Assembly: GCA_038087875.1 (NCBI GenBank)
Contig: CM075981.1
Span: forward strand, 1,116,001-1,180,000
Source: Malacoraja senta
Lineage: Eukaryota
DNA: 64,000 nt
Reading direction: 5' to 3'
A model generated the notes under the pieces. It ran no database searches. It had not been told where the DNA came from and was given only the letters and a program-made list of their open reading frames with translations. Shown here piece by piece: positions 23,580 through 35,400 of this stretch. Made by a program: the position numbers and the translations under genes. Each line of letters starts with the position of its first letter. Position 1 is the first letter of the stretch.

Positions 23580-24975
23580 TTTTCACCACCCCGCTCGCAC
23601 AGCTCGCAATTGGCCCTGACCTTACTCTTTTATCCCTTCTCGAACTTTCCTTCCCAATAATTCGAGAATAGTTGTAATTTTTCCTGTACTCACTTCCCCT
23701 TCAACTCCATCTTTATACTTCCAATTTGTCAATCCCTCCCCCCCACACTCTTTAGTTTTAACCCACACGTGTAATACCTAGCAAACCTGCCTGCAAGATC
23801 GTCCAGTTAAGGTGTAATCCGCCCCTTTTGTGCAGGTCACCCCTACCCAAGAAGAGATCCCAGTAGTTTATTAATCTAAATCCTTGCTCCCTGCACCAGG
23901 CCCTCAGCCACACATTCAGATCCACGATCTCCCTGTTCCTGTCCTCACTAGCACGAGGTAGTGGAAGCAATCCAGAGATAACCACCCTAGAAGTCCTGCT
24001 TTTCAGTCTTCTTCCTAACTCTCTGAACTCACTTTGGAGAACCTCCTTCCTCTCTTCCCGATGTCGGTTTGCCTACATGCACAATTACTGCCGGCTGTTC
24101 ACCTTCTCTCTCGAGGATGTTCTGAATTCGGCTCGTGATATCTTGAACCCTGGCACCAGGGAGGCAACAGACCATCTGCACGTCTCATCGGCCGCCACAG
24201 AATCTCCTGTCTGCTCCTCGGACAATGGAGTCACCCACCACTATGGCTCTGCCCGACGCCGGTCATGTCCCATCTCTAGAAGTGGAGCCACCGATGTGTC
24301 CGTTGCTTGGACTGGAAGCATCGTCTCTCCCGATAGTTCCCAAGGGAGCGTACCTGTTTTCATTAGGCACAGCCACCTGGGTCTCGGGCACTCCACGGTT
24401 ACCACCCTTTCTCTCAGTCACACACCTCCGTTCTTCCCATATCCTCGGCGTGACAACGTCACTGTAGGTCCTGTCCAGGAAAATCTCGTTTTCCCGGATG
24501 GCCCTGAGGTCATCCAACTGAGGTTCTCCAGTGCCCCAACACGGTCCTTCAGGAGCTGAACCTGAACACACTTGCCACAGTAGTAGCAGCCAGAGGCTCC
24601 ATCCGTGTCCCAGGGCTCCCATTTCCTGCAAACATCACTCTGCCTCATCTTACGCATCATGTGTTCACCGCGTCCCATCCTCTCCAGCTTCTTGCACAGC
24701 CTCCTCTCCTCAGCCTCCTCGAAGACTCTCGAGCCAAAGACTCACACTTTACTCACAACGCACTTCCCTCACAAGGCCGCTCCCTCACTGTGGCTCCCCT
24801 AGAGCAGCCTGAAAAATTGACTGATAATTTGCCTAATTTGCCAATTTACAAACGAAATTCTTCAGATTTAAACTGTTTTTTCCCTGTGACTGACACCTTT
24901 CCCACGGGTTTCAGCCTATAAGCTCTTCTCCCTGCTTCTCTTGATTGCTGCTTCTCCAAGATCCACATAAGTACT
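23580..24975 (-). mobile_element. CR1 5' portion (ORF1 zinc finger plus SGNH-esterase remnant), paralogous to ~41370-42790
   Basis: Encodes CRKWE...CGKC and VVISGLLP...LNW motifs. Confidence 0.8.
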
Positions 24976-25186
24976 GAGGGCTCTGTGGGCCGAAGGATCC
25001 GTTTCCATGTTGCATTTGTAAACTACAACTAAATATCCCGGTGAACTTTTTCTGTAACCTCTCCAAACCTTTCACATCTTTTGTTTTATAAAGCGGCGAC
25101 CAGAACTGTGCACCAGACTCCCACCTAACAAATGTTTTGTGCCGATGTCAAAGTGGAGACATAAAGTCACTCAGTGAGAAACCTAC

Positions 25187-25504
25187 CTTCAGATACTTGG
25201 AGATGTACTTTAAATGTTGGTTCGCCAGGTGTACTAATTCCACAGCTGTACCATCCTGTATCTCCAGAGTGAAGATCCTCCACAGTCACAGTAAATATTC
25301 CTCGTGCCAGGTTATCTGTGATTGACACTCTTCCGCTCTGTCCATGTTTCCCATTTGTTTCCACTACATGTGTACACTGGCGACTTGTCCCAGGGCACCA
25401 GTATTTTGTGTGTGAGCGGTACACTGCTGCATAGTGACAATCGATTGTGATCGCTCTTCCCACAACTCCTCTTACTTCGCTTTCTGCCCACAGTGCGCCT
25501 GAAA
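25187..25504 (-). CDS. CD300/pIgR-like Ig V-domain exon (V2'), intact, phase 1-1
   Basis: ccttcag|TTTCAG...GAAG|GTAGGT encodes (V)SGALWAESEVRGVVGRAITIDCHY...KYWCPGTSRQC...GRVSITD...DTGWYSCG. The second Cys pair in C-C' is characteristic of CD300/pIgR/TREM. An alternative acceptor at 25498 is also in frame. Confidence 0.93.
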
Positions 25505-25929
25505 CTGAAGGAAAAATATTTAATAAATAGAAGAGCAAAATAGCCTTTCACAAACATATACATTATAGTATTCATGAATGTGTACAAGGGAGTCTGCCCA
25601 ATCATTTCTTAACTCTGTTGAATTCCACCTAGATTGCGATGAGAGACAGATACTGTACACCGTCCCTCACCATCTGCACAGGTCGTTCCAAAGCGCTTCC
25701 CAGCCAATGTGGGTGTGAATCGTGAAGAATGATGCATTGAACACGGAGCCTGTTGCAATTGGAAGGCGCTGCCTAGGGCGTCTTGGTGAGTTGCTGCAGT
25801 GCATCGTGCAGATGGTGCAAACTGCTGCTGTTCTGAATCAGCGGGGGAGATTGAGGATGGGGTGTCTATCAAGCGCGATTCTCGGTCATGAAACCAAGCA
25901 AAAGTGTTTAGCGAAACTATGGCCTAGGC

Positions 25930-26165
25930 CAGTGCTTCTTAAACTGGTGAATGGTTCACTCAAGGGTGAATGAAATTATTTTGGGGTGAATGAGTTAATT
26001 TTTTTTTGCTCATGTGACAAAATAAATGATCTATAAAATTATACACAAGGGAGAATAAGACGAAAATTACCCCAAAAAATCATTAAAAAATTTAGTCGAA
26101 GGTGAATGAAATGTTGTGATAAAGACTCAATGGTGAATGACACTGAAATAGTTTAAGAAGCACTG
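25930..26165. mobile_element. hAT-type MITE; paralogous copy at 43774-44014
   Basis: 16-bp TIRs CAGTGCTTCTTAAACT / AGTTTAAGAAGCACTG with an 8-bp TSD gcctaggc/gccttggc. Confidence 0.88.
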
Positions 26166-26785
26166 GCCTTGGCTGCGCTACTTCTCGCTGTTGTAAACCA
26201 TGCACGCTCTCTTCTGGTCTTCCAATCTGAGCATCTCCTCGCCTATTGGGGGTTTCATTTTAAAATTCTCTTTGACAAAATAAGGGTTATACTCGATGGA
26301 GTGACGACCACGGAGATTCCACTTTCATGTTGTGAGATTACTGGAGTTACAGTGATTCACACAAATTAACAGAGTTAAAATCATGAACAAGATCATGAAA
26401 TTGTACATCCTTTGTTATAAATGATGATGGATCAAAAAAAATGCATTTGGTTGCTTTCTCAGTCTCAAAGTGACTGTGAGATCTTAAATGGCAGCCAGAA
26501 AATCATTTTTAAGGCAGAAGGCAGAAATTTGATGGAATGCACTCAACCCGTTGTGATAAGTGCAGATCTTTCTCTCCTTTCGAAGTTCAACACCTCCCAG
26601 GTGAAAGCAACAGGCAATTATTTGCCAGTCCCCCAAACAAACTCTCGCATTTTACGCCAGGAGCTAAATGATGCCGCCTGCAAATACCAAGAAACCCACG
26701 AACATCACCACAAGGTGAAAAGCAGCAGCTCCAAGAACACGAGATGAATTGTGAAGCAGTATTCCCACGGGAAATTAACACTCAC

Positions 26786-27106
26786 CTGTATTGTTGATTT
26801 CTGTCACATAACTGCACGTTCCTGCTTCTTTGAATACTTTCACGTTGAGTATTTCACTGGAGTTTGTCCCACGATTATTTGAGGCTTTGCAGTAATATCG
26901 AAGGTGTTCGCCTCTGAGGATTTCACAACTCAGGTCCAGTTGATTCCTCGACACATTCGTTGACCACCCATACTCGTTCTTCTCAAACCATGTGTAATTG
27001 ATGGGAAGTGATCCACGGACAGACTCACACGACACTGACACTGAGCCTCCGAGTCGTGAAGCATTTGCTGGTGACAGATATCTGAACACAGGAGCAGACA
27101 CAGGTT
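26786..27106 (-). CDS. FCRL-like Ig C2 exon (C2a'), intact, 321 nt, phase 1-1
   Basis: cattcccacag|AACCT...ACAG|GTGAGT encodes EPVSAPVF...SCESVRGSLPINYTW...YYCKASNNRG. Confidence 0.92.
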
Positions 27107-27496
27107 CTGTGGGAATGGAGCAAACATTCAGTCACCTGTATGAACAGATAAAATCCAAACACTTGCTAAATCTCAGCAGCCTTTTATCTCAGCCCGAACC
27201 ATCCGTTTGATTTCTCACCGGCTCATCTACATCTCTGTGAGTGTGTGAAGCCCAGAAACCGAAGAAGGTTAGAGTTATGGAGAACCGAAAGAGACCCATC
27301 ACAACAGCTCATTCATGCCAAACAACATGTCTTTCTAGGCAATTTCCATGTCCCTTATCACTCGCATTGATCCCAATCACTTCCGGTGGGGCGACATGTT
27401 GGAGTAGTCGCACTTTTCCACGCTCCCGACCTTTTCACCTTTTCACCTCCAACTAACCAGGCCGACTCGGGCAGGGAGGACTAACCAGTGACAGCC

Positions 27497-28211
27497 ATGC
27501 CTCCGAAGAAGGCAATAACAGCGGAGGAAGGCGAAGAAATAAAAAGAGCGCTGGATTTTATGACGGAGGAGATTTCTGCTGTCAAACAACAGCAGAAAGC
27601 CATCCTCGACCTGGTGGCGGAGCTAAAGGCTCTCCGGATCTAGAGCGCCGAAAAGGACCAGCGACTGGTGTTCCTGGAGAGCAGAGTTGCGGACCTGGAG
27701 CAGTACACCAGAGCGAATAACGTTATCATTACCGGGCTCAGTATAAAGCCCTGGTCATACGCACGGGCGGTGACTGACGACAGCGGGGGGGAGCCCGGGG
27801 CAATGGATACAAGCTCCACGGAGCAACAGGTGGCGGCCTTCCTGCAGTCAAAAGGAATACACTTGGACTGCGATAACATCGAGGCTTGTCACCCCCTGCC
27901 CAGGAGAAAATCCAAAGAGGATAAAAATAGCGATGACAAACCAGCCATCATAATAAGGTTTGTCAACAGGAAATATAAAGTTAGTCTCCTAAAACAAGGA
28001 AGACAGTTGAAGGGAACAAAAGTATTTATGAATGAACACCTAACAAAACGAAATGCCGACATAGCCCGACAAGCACGATACCTTAAGAAACAGAAAAATA
28101 TACTAAATACCTGGACTGCAAACTAAAATCTTTATTAAATTAAATGGAACACCAGAGGAAGCCAAAGTGCTGGTCATTAGAGATATTGCAGACCTGGACA
28201 AATACCAATGA
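27497..28211 (+). pseudogene. LINE ORF1 (coiled coil plus RRM-like region) with one nonsense codon and one 2-bp deletion
   Basis: MPPKKAITAEE...LRI*SAEKDQRLVFLESRVADLEQY...IIIRFVNRK...FMNEHLTKRNA. TAG at 27641; frameshift at ~28124, after which KIFIKLNG...DKYQ* continues in another frame. Confidence 0.8.
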
Positions 28212-28256
28212 TCATAAAACGGGATTGTGAGGTGAAATTTATTTACACACGCAACT

Positions 28257-31200
28257 ATGGCATACACTGAAGGAATTCAGTCATTTACATCTGGAAATGG
28301 CAGTCAAGTAATTAAAATAATAAGCGAAAAGAAACAACTGAAGTTACAACCATTTGAATATACCGATCACAATTTACAGGATTTGGAATACGATATAGAC
28401 CCGGACAATAATTTTTACTTTAATTCTAACGACAAAAATATCTGCTGCTACTACACAGAGGAACAGTATAATCAGAATATTAATGCAAAAGGCAAATTAT
28501 CTATTATCCACTTTAATAGCAGGAGCCTCTATGCGAATTTCAATAGTATTAAAGAGTATTTACAAAAATGTTTACAGCCATTCAATGTCATCGCAATATC
28601 TGAAACATGGATTAATCAGGAAAAGGGAATTGATTTTGAGATGGACGGATATGATTTCAATTACATCAATAGAAAAAATAAGGGGGGAGGAGGGGTAGCA
28701 CTATATGTGGATACAACTCTGAATTATAAGGTAGTAGATAATATGACAACTGTGGTTGACAATCTGCATGAATGTATAACTATAGAAATAATTAATGGTG
28801 GAAATAAAAATGTAATCATTAGTTGTATATATAGGGCAAGTATTAAAATCTTCAGGGGCTGGATGGAGAGTATGTTTTCAACAACAAGTAGTAAATCAGT
28901 GTTTTTATGTGGAGATTTCAATATTGACCTACTAAATCCTAATCAACACAACCTTACAGAAGATTTTATTAATACTATGTACAGCATGAGTCTATTTCCT
29001 AAAATCACTAGACCGAGTAGAATTACTTCCCATTGCGCTACACTCATTGACAATATATTTAATAATGATGTGGAAAATAAAATAGTAAGTGGATTATTAA
29101 TTAATGATATAAGTGACCATCTGTCAGTTTTTATAGTTTATGATAATATCCACAGGAACAACAAACCAAACAAATTAATAGAATATAGACGAGTGAGATC
29201 GGAGGAAGCTATCAATGCACTAAAAAAGGATCTATTGGCACAAAACTGGGATATAATATACCAAAAAAGAGACATTGATAGTGCTTATGAAACATTTATT
29301 GCTATGTTTAAGTCATTATATGATAACAATTGTCCAATTAAAGAATATAATAGAAAATCAAAATATACTAAATGTCCATGGATTTCAAAGGGATTACAAA
29401 ATGCTTGTAAAAAAAAAAATGCCCTATACAGAGATTTTATAAGAGAGAGAACTAAAGATACAGAAAATAAATATAAAAAGTATAAAAATAAATTAACTTA
29501 CATCATAAGAGAAAGCAAGAAAGATTATTATAAGAAGAAATTAGATGACAATAAAGACAATATAAAAATAATATGGAGCATACTTAATAGCATTATCAGA
29601 AATGGTCCGGGGAGAACAAATTACCCGAAGTATTTTATTGATAAGGATAAGGAAAATTACAATATGGAAGATATAGCTAATAGCTTTAATAATTTTTTTG
29701 TAAATATTGGACCAGACCTGGCTAAACAAATCCCTGATTCAGGGACATCTGGAGAAACTCCTGAGAATTTAGTGGAGAGAAATCCCTGCTCTATGTTTCT
29801 TACGGCAGTAGAAGAAAAAGAACTGTTGGATATTGTCAAAACATGTAAAAATAAAAAGTCTACCGATTTCAATGACATTGACATGTCGCTAGTTAAGATG
29901 GTCATTGAGGGGATCTCCAAACCTTTAACATTCATCTGTAATTTATCCTTCCAAACCGGTACTTTTCCAATTCAAATGAAAATAGCAAAAATAATACCAA
30001 TATACAAAACTGGGAACAAGCATCATTTTACAAACTATAGACCTGTTTCCTTACTCCCACAATTTTCCAAAATATTAGAAAAAATGTTTAATAATAGATT
30101 AGACAAATTTGTAGAAAAGAATAAATTAATCACAGAAAGTCAATATGGATTCAGAACAAATAGATCAACATCACTTGCAATACTAGAATTAATTGAAGAC
30201 ATCACAAACGCCATTGATAAAAAATTATATGCAGCTGGGATATTCATTGACATAAAAAAAGCATTTGATACAATTAATCATGATATTTTATTAAAAAAAT
30301 TGGAGAGGTATGGAATTAGAGGAATAGTACTGGACTGGATTAAAAGCTACTTAAGTAACAGGCAACAGTTTGTAAATCTGGGTAGTCACATTTCTACATG
30401 CTTGGACATTGTGTGTGGTGTACCACAGGGGTCAGTGCTGGGCCCAAAATTATTTATCATGTACATAAATGATATTTGTAATGTGTCCAATGTCTTGAGG
30501 CTGGTTTTGTTTGCAGATGATACAAATATTTTTTGTTCTGGGGAAAATTTAAAACAGCTATTGGATAAAATAATAAAAGAAATGGGTAAATTGAAAATAT
30601 GGTTTGATAGGAATAAAATTTCATTAAATCTGAGTAAAACTAAAATAATGTTATATGGTAATTGTAGAATAAATACACTAGTAAGTATAAAGATAAATGG
30701 GGTGGAAGTTGAAAGAGTGCATGAAAATAAATTTCTTGGGGTTATAATTGACGATAAAATAAGCTGGAAATCACATATTAAACATGTAAAATTAAAATTG
30801 TCAAAAAGTATCTCTGTATTATACAAAGCCAAGCAAGCTCTGGATTACAAATCACTCCGTATTCTTTATTGTTCATTAATTTTACCCTACTTAAATTATT
30901 GTGCAGAAGTCTGGGGTAATAATTATAAAAATTCGATACACTCATTAACCATGATGCAAAAAAGAGCAATTCGTATTATCCATAATGCTAAGTATCTGGG
31001 TCATACGAATCCATTATTTTTAGAGTCAAAATTATTAAAATTAGAAGATTTGGTTACATTCAAAACAGCTCAGATAATGTTTAGGGCCAAAAATAAAAAA
31101 TTACCTGGAAACATTCAAAAATTATTTAACGAGCGTGTGGGGGGTTACAATTTAAGAGGAATATTTAACTTTAAGAAACAAAAAGTCCGTACGACTAGAA

Positions 31201-31343
31201 AAACCTTTTGTATTTCGGTTTGTGGAGTAGGAGTGTGGAATAAATTGAACTGGGAATTGAAGCAATGCACAAACATGAATCATTTTAAAATGATATATAA
31301 AAAAATAATTCTCAAGGGGTACAGGGATGGAGGGGATGGTTGA
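28257..31343 (+). CDS. LINE ORF2 (APE endonuclease plus reverse transcriptase), uninterrupted, 1028 aa
   Basis: Contains [45 protein letters not shown] and FADDT. Confidence 0.95.
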   Translation: MAYTEGIQSFTSGNGSQVIKIISEKKQLKLQPFEYTDHNLQDLEYDIDPDNNFYFNSNDKNICCYYTEEQYNQNINAKGKLSIIHFNSRSLYANFNSIKEYLQKCLQPFNVIAISETWINQEKGIDFEMDGYDFNYINRKNKGGGGVALYVDTTLNYKVVDNMTTVVDNLHECITIEIINGGNKNVIISCIYRASIKIFRGWMESMFSTTSSKSVFLCGDFNIDLLNPNQHNLTEDFINTMYSMSLFPKITRPSRITSHCATLIDNIFNNDVENKIVSGLLINDISDHLSVFIVYDNIHRNNKPNKLIEYRRVRSEEAINALKKDLLAQNWDIIYQKRDIDSAYETFIAMFKSLYDNNCPIKEYNRKSKYTKCPWISKGLQNACKKKNALYRDFIRERTKDTENKYKKYKNKLTYIIRESKKDYYKKKLDDNKDNIKIIWSILNSIIRNGPGRTNYPKYFIDKDKENYNMEDIANSFNNFFVNIGPDLAKQIPDSGTSGETPENLVERNPCSMFLTAVEEKELLDIVKTCKNKKSTDFNDIDMSLVKMVIEGISKPLTFICNLSFQTGTFPIQMKIAKIIPIYKTGNKHHFTNYRPVSLLPQFSKILEKMFNNRLDKFVEKNKLITESQYGFRTNRSTSLAILELIEDITNAIDKKLYAAGIFIDIKKAFDTINHDILLKKLERYGIRGIVLDWIKSYLSNRQQFVNLGSHISTCLDIVCGVPQGSVLGPKLFIMYINDICNVSNVLRLVLFADDTNIFCSGENLKQLLDKIIKEMGKLKIWFDRNKISLNLSKTKIMLYGNCRINTLVSIKINGVEVERVHENKFLGVIIDDKISWKSHIKHVKLKLSKSISVLYKAKQALDYKSLRILYCSLILPYLNYCAEVWGNNYKNSIHSLTMMQKRAIRIIHNAKYLGHTNPLFLESKLLKLEDLVTFKTAQIMFRAKNKKLPGNIQKLFNERVGGYNLRGIFNFKKQKVRTTRKTFCISVCGVGVWNKLNWELKQCTNMNHFKMIYKKIILKGYRDGGDG

Positions 31344-32429
31344 CAAGTGGGGGTTGATGTTTATCTTGCTTTACTATTGTTTACTTATGTTTGGGTACTT
31401 CAGATATGAAGTTTGTATGTACATAATAGTTGTATGTATATATATGTCTGTAGGTATTATGGGAAATTGCCTAGGGTAGTATTATTATTAGTAATGAATT
31501 GATTTTTAAATATGGTAGAAGTGTTGGGGAAAAGGGGTGAGATTTAATAAGTTATTCTTCTTCTCACTCCTTTTCGAGCTTGTACAGATACAGAGTTGGA
31601 CATTGGAACTTTGATTTTGTTATTCTCATTGCTTTGTAAATATTGATTGTAATGTCCAATTGTTTGATAATTTCGATTTTGTTAATATTAATGTCTTTAA
31701 TGTCTTTACTTGTTCGGAATAAATAAATAAATAAATAAATAAATAAAATCTACGCAACTGTCCAAAATGTATTTTAAATGCTGTTATTCTAACTGCCTCA
31801 ACAACTTCCTCTGGCAGCAGGTTCCATACACATATCACCCAATGTGTGGAAAATGTTGTCCCTCAGAACAGAAGTTGGGATGTTATGTTTAAGTTGTACA
31901 TATGTTGTTGAGGTCGAACTTGGGCAAATTGTGTTCAGCTTCGGCTGTACAAAACATGCCATTACAGTAAATTACATCTTAATAGTCCCCCCTCTTGAAA
32001 TAGTTCCCATTATGTCTGTCCTCCACTTCCTCATCCCACACACCGTGGGTAAATGAACATGCTTCTCGTGATTGATACATTTCTATAAGTTCCTCGCTCA
32101 ATCATTTCCACACCAATGAATGAAGTCTGAGTTTAACCAATCGCTCCCTGCGTCAATCCCATCCTGTCCAGACAGCGTCATCCTAAAACCTTTCTGCACG
32201 CTGTCCGCCTCAAAGGCAGCATCTCTCGAGGGAAGGAATGGGTGACGTTTCGGATCGTGACCCTTCTTCAGCCTGAGAGTCATGAGAAAGCGAGACAGAA
32301 GAGAAATGGAAGGGTAAGGTGTGAAAACAAGTGATCAAAGGTGAATGTAGACTGGATCATTGTCAGCTGAAAGGAAGGTGACAACGAGGCTTACAATCAA
32401 TAAAATATAATCAGGAGGACAGTGAAATT

Positions 32430-35400
32430 AAATGGCAAACTGGGACAGGGCGGGATGGAGACAGGAGTAAAGCAAGGGTTACTTGAAGTTAGAGAAGTCA
32501 ATATTCAAGTCGCTGGGTTGTAGGCTGACCAATCGAATTATGAGCTGCTGTTCCTCCTATTTGGATTTGGCGTCACTCTGACAGTGGAGGAGGTCCAGGA
32601 CAGAATGGTGAGTTTGGAAATGGGAGCGGGAATTAAAGTGTTTCACAATCGGGAAGTAGCGTAGGCCGAGGCAGACTAAGAGGAGTTGTTCAGCGCCAGG
32701 TGCATTGAGATGGGGCTCCTAAGGGACCGTATTACGAACCTGGAGCAGCAGCTCGATGACCTCCATCTGGTCAGGGAGAGCGAGGAAGTCATAGAGAGGA
32801 GTTAGAGAGAGGTGGTCACTCCAAGACCACAAGAGGCAGGCAAGTTGGTCACGGTTAGGAGGGGCAAGGGGCAGAGGCAGGGACTAGAGAGTACCCCGGT
32901 GGCTGTACACCTTGACAATAAGTATTCCTGTTTGAGTACTGTTGGAGGGGACAACCAACCTGGGGGTAGCGACAGTGGCCGGGCCTCTGGTACAGAGACC
33001 GGCCCTGTTGCACAGAAGGGTAAGTAAAATAAGAGGAGGGCAGTAGTAATAGGGGACACTATAGTTAGGGGGTCAGATAGGCGATTCTGTCGACGCAGTC
33101 AGGAGACACGGATTGCCTCCCTGGTGCCAGAGTCTGGGATGTATCTGAACGTGTCCAAGATATCCTGAAATGGGAGGGAGAGGAGCCCGAGGTCGTGGTA
33201 CATATAGGTACCAATGACATAGGTAGAAAAAGAGAAGAGGTCCTGAAAGGAGAATTTAGGGAGTTAGGAGGAGAGTTAAGGAGAAGGACCGCAAAGGTAA
33301 CAATCTTGGGATTACGGCCTGTGCCACGCGACAGTGAGAGTAGGAATGGAGCGAGGTGCAGGATAAGTGCGTGGCTGAAGGACTGGTGCAGAGGGCAGGG
33401 ATTCAAGTTTCTGGATCATTGGGACCTCTTTTGGGGAAGGTGTGACCTGTACAAAAAGGACGGGTTGCACTTGAACCCGAGGGGGACCAATATCCTGGCG
33501 GGGAGATTTGCAAAGGCTACTGCGGTGACTTTAAACTAGAATGGTTGGGGGGAGGGACTCAAATAGAGAAAGCTAGTAGGCAGTGTGTGAGGCAGGAGGC
33601 AGAGAAGGGAAGCACTCAGACCCAATATGTAGGGGGGAAAGAAGAAAAAAATTAATAAACAGAGAATAGGATGTGGTGGGTTTCTTAACTGTGTGAGCAG
33701 CGAGACAGAGGGGTGTAAAATGAGGGTAGAAGCAATAGGTAGCAAGGTGAAAAAGTAAACGTTGCAGGCAGACAAATCCAGGGCAAAAATCAAAAAGGGT
33801 CACTTTTCATGATAATTGTTTAAGGGGTAAGAGTGTTGTAAAATCAATCCTGAAGGCTTTGTGTCTCAAAGCAAGGAGCATTCGTAATAAGGTGGATGAG
33901 TTGAATGTGCAGATAGCTATTAATGATTATGATATAGTTGGGATCACGGAGACATGGCTCCAGGGCGGCCAAGGCTGGGAGCTGAACATCCAGGGATATT
34001 CAATATTCAAGAGGAATAGAAAGAAAGGAAAATGTGGTTAGAGAGGAGATTAACGCAATAGAAAGGAAGGACATTAGCTTGGAGGATGTGGAATCGATAT
34101 GGGTAGAGCAGCGAAACACTAAGGGGCAGAAAACGTTAGTGGGTGTTGTGTACAGGCCACCTAACAGTAGTAGTGGAGTTGGGGATAGAATCAAACAGGA
34201 AATTAGAAATGCGTGTAACAAAGGTAAAACAGTTATAATGGGAGACTTCAATCTACATATATATTGGGTGAATCAAATTGGCAGGGGTGCTGAGGAAGAG
34301 GATTTCTTGGACGGTATTGGTTTTCTAAACCAACATGTAGAGGAACCAATGGGAGAGCAGGCTTTTCTAGACTGGGTATTGAGTAATGAGGAAGGGTTAG
34401 TTAGCAGTCTTGTTGTGCATGGCCCCTTGGGCAAGAGTGACCATAATAAGGTTGAGTTCTTCATTAGGATGGAGAGTGACATTGTCAATTCAGAAACAAG
34501 GGTTCTGAAGTTAAAGAACGGTGACTTTGAGGGTATGAGACATGAATTGGCCAAGATGGACTGGCAATTGATTCTTAAAGGGTTGACGGTGGATATGCAA
34601 TGGAATGCATTTAAAGACTGCATGGATGAACTACAACAATTGTTCATCCTAGTTTGGCAACAGAATAAATCAGGGAAGGTAGTGCATCCGTGGATAACAA
34701 GGAAATCAGGGATAGTATCAAAACAAAAGATGAAGCGTACAAATTAGCCAGAAAAAGCAGCCTACCAGAGGACTCGGAGAAATTCAGAGTCCAGCAGAGG
34801 AGGACAAAGGGCTTAATTATGAAAGAAAACTGGCAGGGAACATAAAAACTGACTGCAAAAGTTTTTATAGATATGTGAAGAGAAAAAGATTAGTTAAAAC
34901 AAATGTAGGTCCCTTGCAGTCAGAAACAAGTGAATTGATCATGGGGAACAAGGACATGGCAGACCAATTGAATAACTACTTTGGTTCTGTCTTCACTGAG
35001 GAAGACATAAATAATCTGCCGGAAATAGCAGGGGACCGCGGGTCAAATGAGATGGAGGAACTGAGGAACTGGTTAGCCGGGAAGTGGTGTTAGGTAAATT
35101 GAATGGATTAAAGGCCGATAAATCACCAGGGCCAGATAGGCTGCATCCCAGAGTACTTAAGGAAGTAGCCCCAGAAATAGTGGATGCATTAGTGATAATT
35201 TTTCAAAACTCCTTAAATTCTGGAGTAGTTCTTGAGGATTGGAGGGTAGCTAATGTTACCCCACTTTTTAAAAAGGGAGGGAGAGAGAAAACGGGGTATT
35301 ACAGACCAGTTAGTCTAACATCGGTAGTGGGGAAACTGCTAGTGTCAGTTATTAAAGATGGGATAGCAGCACATTTGGAAATTGGTGAAATCATTGGACA

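Larger units (their letters stand above)
27379..31746 (+). mobile_element. Full-length, young L2-group LINE (Crack/Daphne-like assignment is tentative)
   Basis: Two ORFs, a 3' UTR and an (AAAT)n tail at ~31717-31746. Candidate TSD aatc. Absent from the paralogous site at ~49700. Confidence 0.88.

Noticed and set aside
25609-25872. Minus-strand ORF open in both paralogues (also 43451-43807) with a phase-1 GTGAGG donor, as a leader or extra exon for V2
   Set aside because: It has no hydrophobic signal peptide or clear acceptor, and the sequence resembles an old LINE fragment. Openness in two recent duplicates is weak evidence.
26250-26345. VISQHESG... segment resembling the start of the Lys-TM exon
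   Set aside because: No hydrophobic helix follows, and the paralogue at ~44180 has an in-frame TAA.
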